Below are positions 25,401-38,500 of a DNA stretch of 64,000 nt, piece after piece. The notes beneath the pieces are model-generated. The model did no database searches and was not told the origin of the DNA. It worked only from the letters and a program-made list of their open reading frames with translations. The translations under genes were made by a program, and so were the position numbers. Source of the DNA: Octopus sinensis (taxonomy: Eukaryota); the NCBI RefSeq assembly GCF_006345805.1, contig NC_042999.1, positions 67,580,001-67,644,000 on the forward strand, given 5' to 3'. The stretch's first letter is position 1; each line of letters starts with the position of its first letter.

Positions 25401-28386
25401 AGAGCAGCTGACTGGCTTCTGTGCCGGTGGCACATAAAAAGCACCATTCAAATGTGATCGTTACCAGCATCGCCTTACTGGCACTTGTGCCAGTGGTACG
25501 TGAAAAACATTCAAGCGAGATCATTGACAGTGCAGCTGGACTGGCTCCTGTGCAGGTACCATGTAAAAATCACCACTTGAGCGTGGCCGTTAGCAGTACC
25601 ACCAGACTGGCCCTCATGCTGTTGGTATGTAAAAGCACCCACTATACTCTCGGAGTGGTTGGCATTAAGAAGGGCATCCAACTGTAGAAACTCTGCCAGA
25701 TCAGAGTGGAGCCTGGTGCAGCCATCTGGTTCGCCAGTCCTCAGTGAAATCGTCCAACCCATGCTAGCATGGAAAGCAGATGTTAAATGATGATGATATT
25801 TATCACACCACTGTTAAAAAAGACTTAAACACTGTTTCTTTTTAATCAGTGTCACATATATATAATGACATAGACAAACACACACATGCAAACATGCCTG
25901 TCAAGCCTCCATTTAGTTTGTGTCTCCATTGGTCACCTTGAGTTTATAGTTACAGCAGAAGATGCCACCAAAATGCCTCACGGTGGGACTGAACCAGAAA
26001 CCACCCGTTTCAAATCCTTCCACAATACATGCTTGCAATGAATTCATACAAAGCAATTAAAAATATTCCAAGTATATATAATTTTTTTTTTTAAAGTTCC
26101 AGCTCAGAGCTGTGGCCATGCTGATGCACCGCCGTTATATATTTATATATAACATTGAAGGGACATGGTTTAGTGGCTTGAGTATTTGGCTTTCAACCAT
26201 AAGGTTGTAAGTTTGATTCCTAGTGGGGAGGGGGGGTATCGTCTTTGAGCAAGACAATTTATTTTATGTTGCTCCAGTCCTCTCACTTGGCAAAAATGTG
26301 CTTTACCTGTAATTCAAATGGCTAGTCCTGTCACATTCTGTGTTATTCTGAATCTCCCTGAGAACTATGTTAAAAGTTTGTGTGTCTGCGGAGTACTCAG
26401 CCCCTTGCACATTAATTCCATGAACAGCTGTTCTGTAGATCTGATCGGCTGCAACCCTCGTCGTCCTAACCATCAAATTGCCAGTTATGTATTTATTATT
26501 TTGCTGAAGTTTCTGTTATTTCATTGTTTTGGACATGGTTTGAAATGAGTTTTTTTGCAATATCTTCCTGCAGAACTTTTCCGATGTGGATTCTCTGAGC
26601 AGAGATTCCAGTCCTCGGTCAACTCTCCCTGTTATGTCATCAACACCACCCCTCTCTTCGAAATTGCTTCCTACAACTGCTCCTTCCACTTTCACCCCTG
26701 CAGCAGTGACAACAGCAGCATCTACTAACGCTCCGAGATTGGTAACGACAGTGACAGCAGCAGCAACAACAACAACAACAACAGCAACAACAGATGAAGC
26801 ACCAGTGTCAGCCAATTCTGACACAACCACCAATTCAATAGAAACAACACCACCACCACCAGCTGACGCAGAAACAACAACAGTAAGAAGACCCATTTTA
26901 GAAGTAGCATCAGATTCTATATCAACTAGTATAACCTCCTCTTCTACTCCTACAACCATTACTACTACTACTACTTCTATTGCAACAACTACTACTACTA
27001 CAGCATTAATAGCAGAAACAACAGCTGGTACCTCTTCAACAGCTTGTACCTCTTCAACGGCTTGTACCTCTCCAACGGCTTGTACCTCTCCAACGGCTTG
27101 TACCTCTCAACGGCTTGTACCTCTCCAACGGCTTGTACCTCTTCAACGGCTTGTACCTCTTCAACGGCTTGTACCTCTTCAACGGCTTGTACCTCTTCAA
27201 CGGCTTGTACCTCTTCAACGGCTTGTACCTCTTCAACAGCTGGTACCTCTTCAACAGCTTGTACTTCTATCCTCAACACTTGTGCTGCTACTAACATCAT
27301 TTCTGATGCTAACATTAGTAGTTCAACTACAATCATTGACTCTGGTCTCCCTACGGACACTTTAACAGGATCTAACACTCTTAACACATCGGGGTCGGAT
27401 CTCTCAGATTCTCCTCTGCCAGGTAATCAAGTATGTATCGATTGCTTAACGCTAGTCCAACCATTATCAAAACTCCCTTCTCATCTCGCCTCACCTTTTT
27501 CTTCTGACCTTCCTGGTCTTTCTCATAAATCCTTGCTGTCTACTGACCCCTACTTTTGAACTGCTTATACTTAATGTCTCCCTCTGTCTGTTGCCTGCCA
27601 AACTGCTTGCCTATCCCCAGTCCTGCCCATTGCCTGTCTGTTTGTCTGTCTCCTTTCCATTGCTTCTCTCTCCACGTCCACTGCCACTCTTTTTCCTTTT
27701 CACTATCTTGCTTTCTCTTCTCTTCCCACTGCACCTGACCATGGTCCTCTTCTCTGACCTCTCTCTCCACTGCCAGTCTCTCTCTTTTATACTCTCTGAT
27801 CCTCAACCTGAAGCACTTCATCTTGTAGCTTCTCTTCCCGATTGCTTCTGAAATATAAATGGCTGCAAGGTGAAGGCATGGCTCTATGGTTAACAAGTTT
27901 GCTTCCCAATCAGATGGTTTTGGATTCAGTTTGTGGCATTTTGGGCAAGTGTTTTCTTCTACAGCCCCTGGCTGACCATAACTTTGTGAGTGATTTGGTA
28001 GAGGGAAAACCAAAAGAAGCTTATATATATATATATGTAAGTAGAGAGTAATATAAAAACATTACGAATGATATATTATAAATAATTAAGATTATTTATG
28101 AATATATCAATGGCCAAACATGCTATCATAAAATATGAAGAAGAAAAATGTTTATAATTATGAACAAGTCACAATCATATATATATAAACTAATTATTTG
28201 GACCTTGGGTATATGGTTAGTAGTATACCGATTAAAGCACTTTCACTGTATCGGCTATCTGATGTCATCCATAGTTTTGATATGTGTCACTGGATCTACC
28301 TCAGGAATCCTGCAGTGTTCGTTGAGTTTAGATTCAGTGACATTCATTGAGGTAGATATATGTGATATATGTGTGTGTGTGTGTGC

Positions 28387-28426
<40 letters not shown>

Positions 28427-29503
28427 GTGCATGCAAGCACACACACACACACACACAGTGTGACCCAGAAGTCATAAAGGGGTCTGAAATTTTAATAAAT
28501 TGTTGATTGTTTTTTTTATTTGTAATTTACAAGATGTAATTTTTTTCACCTAATATATATATATTTCCTAGTTATATGCATACAGAGTGCAGTGAATAAA
28601 CTGTTATCTAAATTATGCAAAAATGAAAATAACACTGATATCTCATTTTAACAGATATATTTTTCCAAAATTACATGAAAATATCTTGAAATACTAAAGA
28701 GTAAGTGTAATCATTAAAATCACCATTAGCTTCAACTACAACCTCCAAACGGCTTTGGAATCTCCTGCAACTCTTCTGGGCAGTCTCCTTGTTTAAGCTG
28801 GTGAATCTGCCATGATCCTTGCCTTCAGTTCATCTTTGGTGTTACAAGGAATTTTGTTAGTCTCTTGCTCAACTGTGCCTCATGCATAATAATGAAGGGA
28901 GTTGCAGTCTGGGGAGTTAGGTGGCCAGATGTTAAGAGTGATGTGGTTATAGAAATTGTCTGATATCCATGACTGGGTTCTCTTGCTTGTATGATATGGT
29001 GCAGAGTCCTGTTGCTAGACATAGGGTCTTCCAGCAGTCACTCTCTTGACCTAGGGCAGCACTACCTCCTCCAGGCACTTGATGTAGGCTTGCGTGTTGA
29101 GTGTGAGGCCATGTGAGAAGATAAATGGGGGCATAACATTGCAATCACTAGTGAGCATTCCAAACGCCATGATGTTGACTGGATGTTTGATATTTTATCA
29201 CTCTCAGTACATGTCCTCAGACTGACACCCAAACACTGTGAAATGTTTGAATTGGAGTTTCTGGTGCAAATGCCAAGCAGTACGGCATGTCGTTTCCAAA
29301 TCCCTGGCAGAGTGAATTGCATAATGGTGTTCTTTTTCTGACAGATGGTGCCTAACTGACCCTACAGTACTTTGTAATCAACAAAATCAAACTGAACAAT
29401 GTACATGTACAAAATTAAAAATATAAAATGGCAACAATTTACCCATCACACCCTATGTATGTATGTATATATATAATTATATATATATATGTATGTATAT
29501 ATA

Positions 29504-29543
<40 letters not shown>

Positions 29544-30336
29544 TAGATGTGCCTGTGCTTGTAGGGTGCCAAGAGCACCATCCGAGCGTGATCGTCGCCA
29601 GAGCAGCCAACTGGATACTGTACCCGTGGCACGTAAAAAGGCACCATTCGAGCGTGATCGTTGCCAACGTCGCTTCACTGGCACATGTAAAAAGATTCAA
29701 GTGAGGTCATTGCCAGTACCGCCTGACTGGCCCCCGTGCCGGTGGCACGTAAAAAGCACCCACTACACTCTCAGAGTGGTTGGCTTTAGGAAGGGCATCC
29801 AGCTGTAGAAACTCTGCCAGATCAAGATTGGAGCCTGGTGCAGCCATCTGGTTCGCCAGCCCTCAGTCGAAATCGTCCAACCCATGCTAGCATGGAAAGC
29901 GGACATTAAACGATGATGATGGTGATAGATATAGATACACACACACACATACACACACATATATACTGTATATGATGCTAAGGTATTGTAAATTTAAAAC
30001 AGAACATAAATGAATTATTAACACTTTTGTGACTTTTGGGCCAGATTGTCTATGAGTGTGTTGTTTGTTTCCCTTTGTCTTGATATGATGTGATATTTGT
30101 AGATAAGTGTCACTGTCATACAAGCAGTGTCATTCATTTCCAGTCTGCCATGAAAGTGTGTTCATCTATGGGGAGTTATTACCCGATTTTGAAACAGATG
30201 AGAGTTGACAACGGGAAAGGCATCTGGCCATAGAAAATCTGCCTCAATAAATACCGTCAGACTCATGCAGACATGGAGAAGTGGACATTAGAAATAATTA
30301 TGATGATGTGTGTGTATATATATATGTATGTATACA

Positions 30337-30372
<36 letters not shown>

Positions 30373-30536
30373 TCTATATATATATATATTTAAAATCAAA
30401 TAAGGGTAGAAATTGATATTAATCAATTAAAACCAGTGGCCTAGCATATTTAAAAAAATTCGAAGATTATGTTAGGCCACTGGTTTTAATTGATTAATAT
30501 CAATTTCTACCCTTATTTAATTTTAAATAAATTTTG

Positions 30537-30603
<67 letters not shown>

Positions 30604-33600
30604 CACACACACACCACACACACACACACACAAGCACTCGCACACACACACACACACCCTGCAGCATGACTACCTTTAACTTGTGAATGCGCTCTTCAGT
30701 TCCCTGTGCATGCAACTTCTGTATTGTGTTGCTGTTGCATGACCATGGCCCTCACTTATGAATGTCGTCTTTGGTCTTCTATAGCTACTATTGTACTGCT
30801 GAAACATGGCTGTTATTGCTGTTGTCACTTTACTAACTGTGCCTGACTTCAAATTTACTTTACGGTCTTGTTATGACACAACTCATTTGTATGTTGGCCT
30901 TGTCATCTCACAGTTTATTTATTTTACTATACTACTACTACTCGAACTACCACAACATCAGTACAGTATGACCACTATTATTATCACCATCTGCACTACT
31001 ATTACTGCTGCTACATTATCGTGTATGTTGTTTAAGTAATGATTTCAAACTAAACACATTAAGTTCAGAAATATTAAGAAATTTAATTTTTCAGTTTGAG
31101 GGCTCGCACTTTCTATGGTCATTCAAAACCGTCCAAGGGTGGTCGTGCACATCTTTACATTTCTCCAGTCACCCCGCAAAGCCTTTAACCCTTTCGTTAC
31201 CAAACCGCCCAAAGCCGCCCGAAAAAAATTTTGGTTTATGAGACCAAACCGCCCAAAGCCGCCCGAATTTACCTATTCATATTTAAATGAGAATATCAGA
31301 GCAAATCTCTTCAGTCCATTCGTGAAAACACGTATTATACTTCGTAAACAGTTCAACTACAGTTTTGTACAATAATCGAAGTGTAATTTTAATTCCGTGA
31401 ATTTTGGGAGATTTTTTTCCGAAATTTGTTCCTATTGTATTTTCAAAATTTATAATTCTGACAAAAAATGGATACAAATTTCATTATATCAAGCAGCGAG
31501 TCAGAATTCGAAGGATTTTCTACTGAAGACCTTGATAAATCTAACTCTATGACTGAAAAAAAAAAGCACATGGTATTTGATAATGAATCTGATGTCTCAT
31601 TTTCCGAAAGTGAAAACAGTGAATCTGAGATCTCCGACAGCGATAAAGAAAACGAATTGGCACCTGAATGGAGTGAAAATTTAAAAACTGTTTCTTTCGG
31701 TGATTTTTCTGAAGAAACTGGACCAAGCCACAGACTTTCGCAGAAGGGTAAAGCCTTAAACTATTTCTATTTACTTTTTCGAATGAGCCTATTTGAAATC
31801 ATTACAGCGAAAACGAACCGTTACGCTAAACGTAAACAAAGCGAAAGAAACGATAGTTTGTGGTTTCCCACAACCTTAAATGAAATTAAGGCCTATTTTG
31901 CCGTAAATATTATTATGGGTATCAGAAAGTTACCCAGAATAACAAATTCTATCGTAAAATTTTGTTGTATACCCAATTGAATATTAGCTAATAACCCATT
32001 TTCTATAGCGATGTTTGAACAAAATTTTAATAATTTTATATTTTGTGGAATTTACCTGTATCTACCTGCAATTAGTCATTTTGTGACAAAAATTATAGTA
32101 TAGAATTGGTTGAGAATATTTCATTAAATTATCTTCCAAAAATCAGATAAATATATCGATAAATAAAAAAGTTATAGTCGTTTAATGAAACCAGACTAAA
32201 TTTATGATTACGTTAGAAATTAATTGAAACACATAAGGGGTGTAATTTGGTCAGAAATATAGTAACGAAAGGGTTAAAAAATCAATAGAAGTGACCTTTT
32301 TGTGAATTTTCTATCCAAAACCCAATCAAAATGCCCAAAACTTGATACGCCAGTTGAATGCCAGCTAGGTGTATGTGATTGGTCAGAGATTTGGACAGTA
32401 CTCGCGTGTATGTGTGCATGCATGCAGCTGTATATGCATGCACTAGCACTATGACCCTGTGTTGCCGGGTCATAGCGCTAGTAGATTTTAACTGGCAGCA
32501 ATCTACCACATATATAAATTAGTATAAGGCTATCTGGACATTTTCCCAATGTACTTATACTTAGGACAACACTATTACACACACACACACACACACAATC
32601 ATAACCACTGTCATGCATGCTACAACTACCATCACACCACTACAGCCATTGTCATGCTACCGCTATGACAATCACACACTGCAATAACCATCAATGGTAT
32701 ACTTCAACCACCATCCTATCTCCACGACTATCTTGACAGTTATCACTTCAACCAGCATCACAGCTACTGTCACATCAACTCATATCTCAGCACATTGCCA
32801 GCACCCTGCTATCGCTCTACCTCCACCACCATATACTGTCATAACCACCATCATAGCCATCATCACTATAAACCCTGTTGCTGTCTGCTCTACAGGTTAA
32901 CAGCCACCACACACCTATCTACTCTGAAAGTAGTGAGTACAGCTCAATTCAAAAGACTCGAAACCCATCTATTCTCTTCTCTCCAATATATTTCCACTAC
33001 TTCGTCTTTCGTCCAGTCAATTCCGTATTTACTTCTGTCAATTTTGTCCGTCTTTTTAAACATATTTAACAAAAACAATCTTTTCTCATGTTTTATTTAT
33101 TATATACATTTCAGCCAAGTGTCATGGCTTGCTGCCAATTAGGTGATGTTTCCATTTTTATAATTTCACTGCTAAATATTTCTTTTTTTTTTAATCATTA
33201 AAATCTAATTTAACGAGATATTGAGAATATTTAGAGATAAGTCTAAATTTTCCCTCGAAATAATTATCACCACCTCTACTACTAGTAGTACTACTTTTAA
33301 TTTGTGATGACCTCCACTTACATAAGTACAAATTAATGTTTAGTTTATTAACATATTAAATAACTCTATAGGCAGCATGTCTTAGCTTTTCACTTCATTC
33401 TCACTTTGGCTGATCTTTGACAAGCTTTTAGTTCTTATTTCTCTAAACATTTCCTTAGGTATCCTTCTGATTTTCTAGCTGGATTGTGATGATCTCAGCA
33501 AATGTTCAAGTCAGAAATTTTGACTTCATTCTCAACATCAGTTGTTATTGTCGTTGGGAGGTTTAACATCTATTTCTAGCATGTCTTGGCTCCATCAGCT

Positions 33601-34986
33601 TCAGTTTGGTGTGAAGTGTCATTTTCTTAACTTGGTTCTATGCCTGAAGATTTCTCCAGCATTGTGTTAAAACTTCTGTTCACTAACTAATATTTAATTC
33701 ATCAACTATAGTGAAGTAGTTAGATGATTTGTCTGTCTACTGCAGTTCTTGACTAGATTGCTTCATTGTGTCATGTTTATGAACTCTCTGTTTTTGAGTT
33801 CAAATCCTGCTATGGCTGATTTTTACTTTTTATCTGTTTTGCATGATAAAATAAAAACAGTACCAACAACATAACTAAATACACCTGATCCTCTCTCTCT
33901 CTCCTTTTTGTGTCTCTCTTTCCTTTCCCTCTTACTAACTCTTTCCTCTCTCTGACACTGACTTTGTGCCTATGCCAGCAGAATTCAGTATTTATTACAT
34001 GAAACCTAAATAAATATACGAATGGCTTATATTTCATTTTAGCCCATTTTGTATCCCTATTTACCTATTTCCTTGTCACAGATATGTTGTGTGGTTGAGA
34101 CTCACATGGTTTAGGGTTGTCCTTCACATACACAAAACCACTCGTGTAGACACTTTCAGTTGATAATCATGTATTACAGCTGCAGATTGACAAATACTTT
34201 GGGAATAAAATTTGGTTGATGCAAACCCATCCATCGTATATATGAGTGTGTATGCATGTGTGTGTGTGTATATATGCATGAGTGAGTGCATGTGTTACCC
34301 TTTGTCTCAACACATTCACTCTAACTGTAAACATATGAGTGATGTTGATCATTTCCATTGTTCTGTACAAAATATGTCTGGCCATGGGGAAACCTTACCT
34401 TACTTAGAATCAGGTGAGGGTAGGCAACAGGAAGGGCATCCAACCATAGAAAATCTGATCTGCCTCTACAAATTCCATCAGTCCCATGAAAGCATGGGAA
34501 AATGGATGGTAAATGATTTCATATATATATAAGTTCAGCAAAATTTAGATTCAGATGAATATGGTACTTAAGTTAAAGGCACCAGAATTTTGTATGGTAT
34601 TATCCATATAAATCAAATGGGGTGATTATAATCAAAATAATATCCAAGGTAGCGTAGTACAATTGTTTCATGCTACTTCATTTTATTAAACACTGTAAGT
34701 ATTACATCAGTTTTAAAATGTCGAGCAATCTTCAACCAAATATAGAATTTTCCAATTAAACGGACAATGCACATTCTTATCCCTATTTCATTTGCCAACA
34801 TTATAAAGAGGGTAGATATATAGACAGAGATATATGTGCATTGTCCGTTTAATTGGAAAATTCTATATTTGGCTGAAGATTGCTCGACATTTTAAAACTG
34901 ATGTAATACTTACAGTGTTTAATAAAATGAAGTAGCATGAAACAATTCTACTACTCTACCTTGGATATCCTTGTTGCTTATTTTGA

Positions 34987-35034
<48 letters not shown>

Positions 35035-38000
35035 TTGTGTATATACATTTTATGTGACATCAGCACCAGTGCTTTTATGTAGCCTCATATATATGTGTGT
35101 GTGTGTGTGAATTTTCTAAGATTGAATTTATTAATGCTTTAGACATTAAGACTCCTTTGTCATTTGATCTATGATTCATCAGCTTTCCTTAAAATGTGAT
35201 TTGATGAGGGCAAAATTGATCTAATTGGTTGTCAGTTTCTCTTACCCTGTTTTTGGTTTTTCAAAGACGGTTGAGGAGCATGTTGTTGTTGTTGTTGGTT
35301 CTTATTCATCTCAGAGTAATGTTTCTCTGTAGCTGTATGTATATATGTGTGTGTGTGTGTGTGTACGTTCCAACTGTTACTTGAGTTTTATTTATATTTT
35401 GTGGGGGATGGGTGGGAGTGGGCTTCAGTGTGTGTGTGTGTGTGTGAGAGAGAGTCTTAAGTGTTGGGTTGCTGACTTAAATGTTTGTTTATCCCAACAA
35501 CACACACATACACACAAATTCTCTCTCAGTCTCTCTCTCTCTCTCTCTCTCATCGTACTTCCCCACTTAACAGATTAAAGCCATAAATATTAACATTACT
35601 CTTCGTTAAAGAAATCCAATTCTTTTTAAAAGACAAATTTTATTAACTCATCTTAGTTTAGTCAGTTTTCAACATTTCCAATAACTATTTGCTCATTGCT
35701 ACTCAATTACACAACATCATGTAATCATGATCATCATCATCATCATCACCACATAGAACTGTTTCCATGTTAACCAGTATTTAGTGTGTCTGAATGAATA
35801 TGTCACCAGAATTTCGGTGAGTCATAGTTTCTGTTTAGTAGATGTAGTCACCTGTCTGTTTCAATGTTCCTCACCTGGCAGTTTATTTTTCTTTCAGCTT
35901 TACATCTCTCTCTCTCTCTCTCTCTCTCTCCAAATCCAACCCCTTTTTAATAGCAATTCTGTCATCATCATCATCATCCCCTCTTTTGTCCCCCCATCTC
36001 AATCATTTCAATTTGTGTTTTTTTCCAAATATTTTTGTGTTTTGTTTGTTTAATGTTTAAAATTTATTTTGTTGTTGCTATTATTACTATTATTACTATT
36101 ATTATTATTATTACTATTATTATTATTATTATTATTATTAAGGCCGTGTGCTGACAGTCATAGTGGCATGTCATCCATCTTTATGTTCGAGTCCAAATTC
36201 TGCCGTGGTTGATTTTGCCATTCATCCGTTCAGGGTTGATAGAATAAGTACCAGTTGAGCACAGGGGTCAATGTAACTGACTAGCTCTCACTCACAAAAT
36301 TGCTGGCCTTGTGCCAAAATTTGAAACCATCATCATCATCATTATTATTCTTAAGGCGCTGAACTGGCAGAATCATTAACATGCTGAGCAGAATGCTTTG
36401 CCATATTTCATCAATCTTTATGTTTTGAGTTCAAACTCCAATGAGGTCGGCTTTGCCTTTCATCCCTTCATGTAGTCAGTTGATATTGAGTTAGTGAGAT
36501 GATGCTTTAGTTGTACAGGAATGTACCATGTTAGTCATATGACTCCCATTGCCTACAATACAGAATCATATCTTTCTGTGAAGTATACCTTGCTTCATGG
36601 AAAGTCTGATTTTACTTCTCTCTCTCTCTCTCTCTCCTTTTTTCATAATGGTTTAGTCACAGGAGGGAGCCTCGTGCCCATAAACCCTTTCCAGAGCCTG
36701 CAATAATGGTGGGAGATGGTGGATGACCATGGTATCTTCAAACTGGAATTTGCAACAGATTGGACTCTACAAAAAGTACACAAGGTCCAGGTTGTGGTAC
36801 TGTACTGGACAGTGGATTTGTTTATCACTCATGAGGCTGTTGTAGAAGAGACTTGTCCAAAGTGCCAAGAAGTAGTACCAGGCATGAAGCTATGTAGTTG
36901 CTAGCTAACTTAAATACACAGCCACGCCAGGACTCCTGTTTGCATTGAATCGTTTGACGACAGGAACAAATTACCCTTTTAGTCCAGAAACCAAACCTGA
37001 CGCATTAATTTGGTGTGATATTTTGAAGGCACATGGCTTAGTGGTTAGAGCATTGGGCTCACAATCATGAGGTGGCGAGTTCAATTCCCAGACCAGGCTG
37101 TGCATTGTGTTTTGGGGTAAGACACTTTATTTCACGTTGCTCCAGTTCACTCAACTGTAGAAATGAGTTGCGATGTCACTGGTGCCAAGCTGTATCAGCC
37201 TTTCCCTAGGATAACATCGGTGGTATGGAGAGGGGAGGCTGGTATGTATGGGAGACTGCAACCATGCCTGGACTTGTGTCTCAGAGGGGAACTTTCTAGG
37301 TGCAATCCCATGGTCATTCATGACTGAAGGGGGCTTTTAACTCTTTGCCCTTTTATATTTTGACAAACTAAATAAATGGTTGGTGTGTGACTGGAGACAG
37401 TATCTATCCAGAGATGCATCAGCATTACATGATGTAGTAATTAAGAAGCATAATATAAATTAATAATTCCTATTAAAAAATAAATATATAAAAAGTAGGA
37501 GAAGACAACCTTGAAATTTGAATTAATTAAAATAAATTATGGAATGTAGCCAGGAGTGAGTCTGGTGAGCAGTACGGTAACAACTCCAGACATGTTTATT
37601 AGACCTCATCAGCAGAGCTTTATTTAACTGTTAATGCAGATCATGGATGATGAAATAAGTGTACAGGATTTTTGCAAATGAATACAGAGTGGTGTTGCAA
37701 TTTAAAAATAAACAACGAGGGAAGATGACCCAGGAACGCTTGCTGCAAGAAAACACAAGATTAAAGTAGGTGCAAGCACATTTCATGTAGTTAACCTAGA
37801 AATTTTGATTGATATAAATTACACACTTTGTGATGAGGTCAATCATTAGTTAAGGGATTAATTATGATTAAAAAAAAAAAAAATTAAAAAGGGGAGTCAG
37901 GCAAAGCTAACTCAATGGGATTAGAATGTAATGAATTGAAAGAAATATCACGGGTCATCTTGACTGCTATCCTAAAGATTCTGCTAATCCACTGAAATAA

Positions 38001-38469
38001 TAATAATAATCCTTTCTACTAAAGGCTGAGGGCCTGAAATTTTGGGTGGGGTAGTGGTTAGTTGGATACATTGACCCCAGTGTTCAACTGGTATTTATTT
38101 CATTGACCCCCCAAAGAATAAAAGGCAAAGCCAACTTCAGCAGATTTTGAACTGAGAAGGTGAAGCTGGAAGAAATGCTGCAAAATATTTTGTCCAGTGC
38201 TGATATGATCCTGCCAGCTTGCCACCTTCATAATAATGATGATGATGATAATAATAATAATCCTTTCTACTATAGGCACAAGGCCTGAAATTTGGGGAAG
38301 GGGACCAGTCAATTAGATCAACTCCAGTACACAACTGGTACTTAATGTATCGATCCTGAAAGGCAAAGTCAACCTCAGCAGAATTTGAACTCAGAACGTA
38401 AAGACAGACGAAATACCACCAAGCTTTTCGCCCGGTGTGCTATTGATTCTGCCAGCTCGCTGCCTTTAT

Positions 38470-38500
<31 letters not shown>

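Noticed and set aside
26883-26888. Alternative donor gtaaga that would avoid the frameshifted repeat
   Set aside because: It is phase 0, whereas the next exon (41819) needs phase 1, and the Thr/Ser codon pattern continues past it.
28275-28351. Possible extra exon (atag|TTTTG...TTGAG|gtagat)
   Set aside because: Phase 1-0 would break the 1-1 link between the flanking exons; weak splice sites.
28870-29060. All three stops in the DD37D transposase fall at probable Trp positions
   Set aside because: TGG converts to TAG or TGA by a single transition, so this is expected neutral decay.
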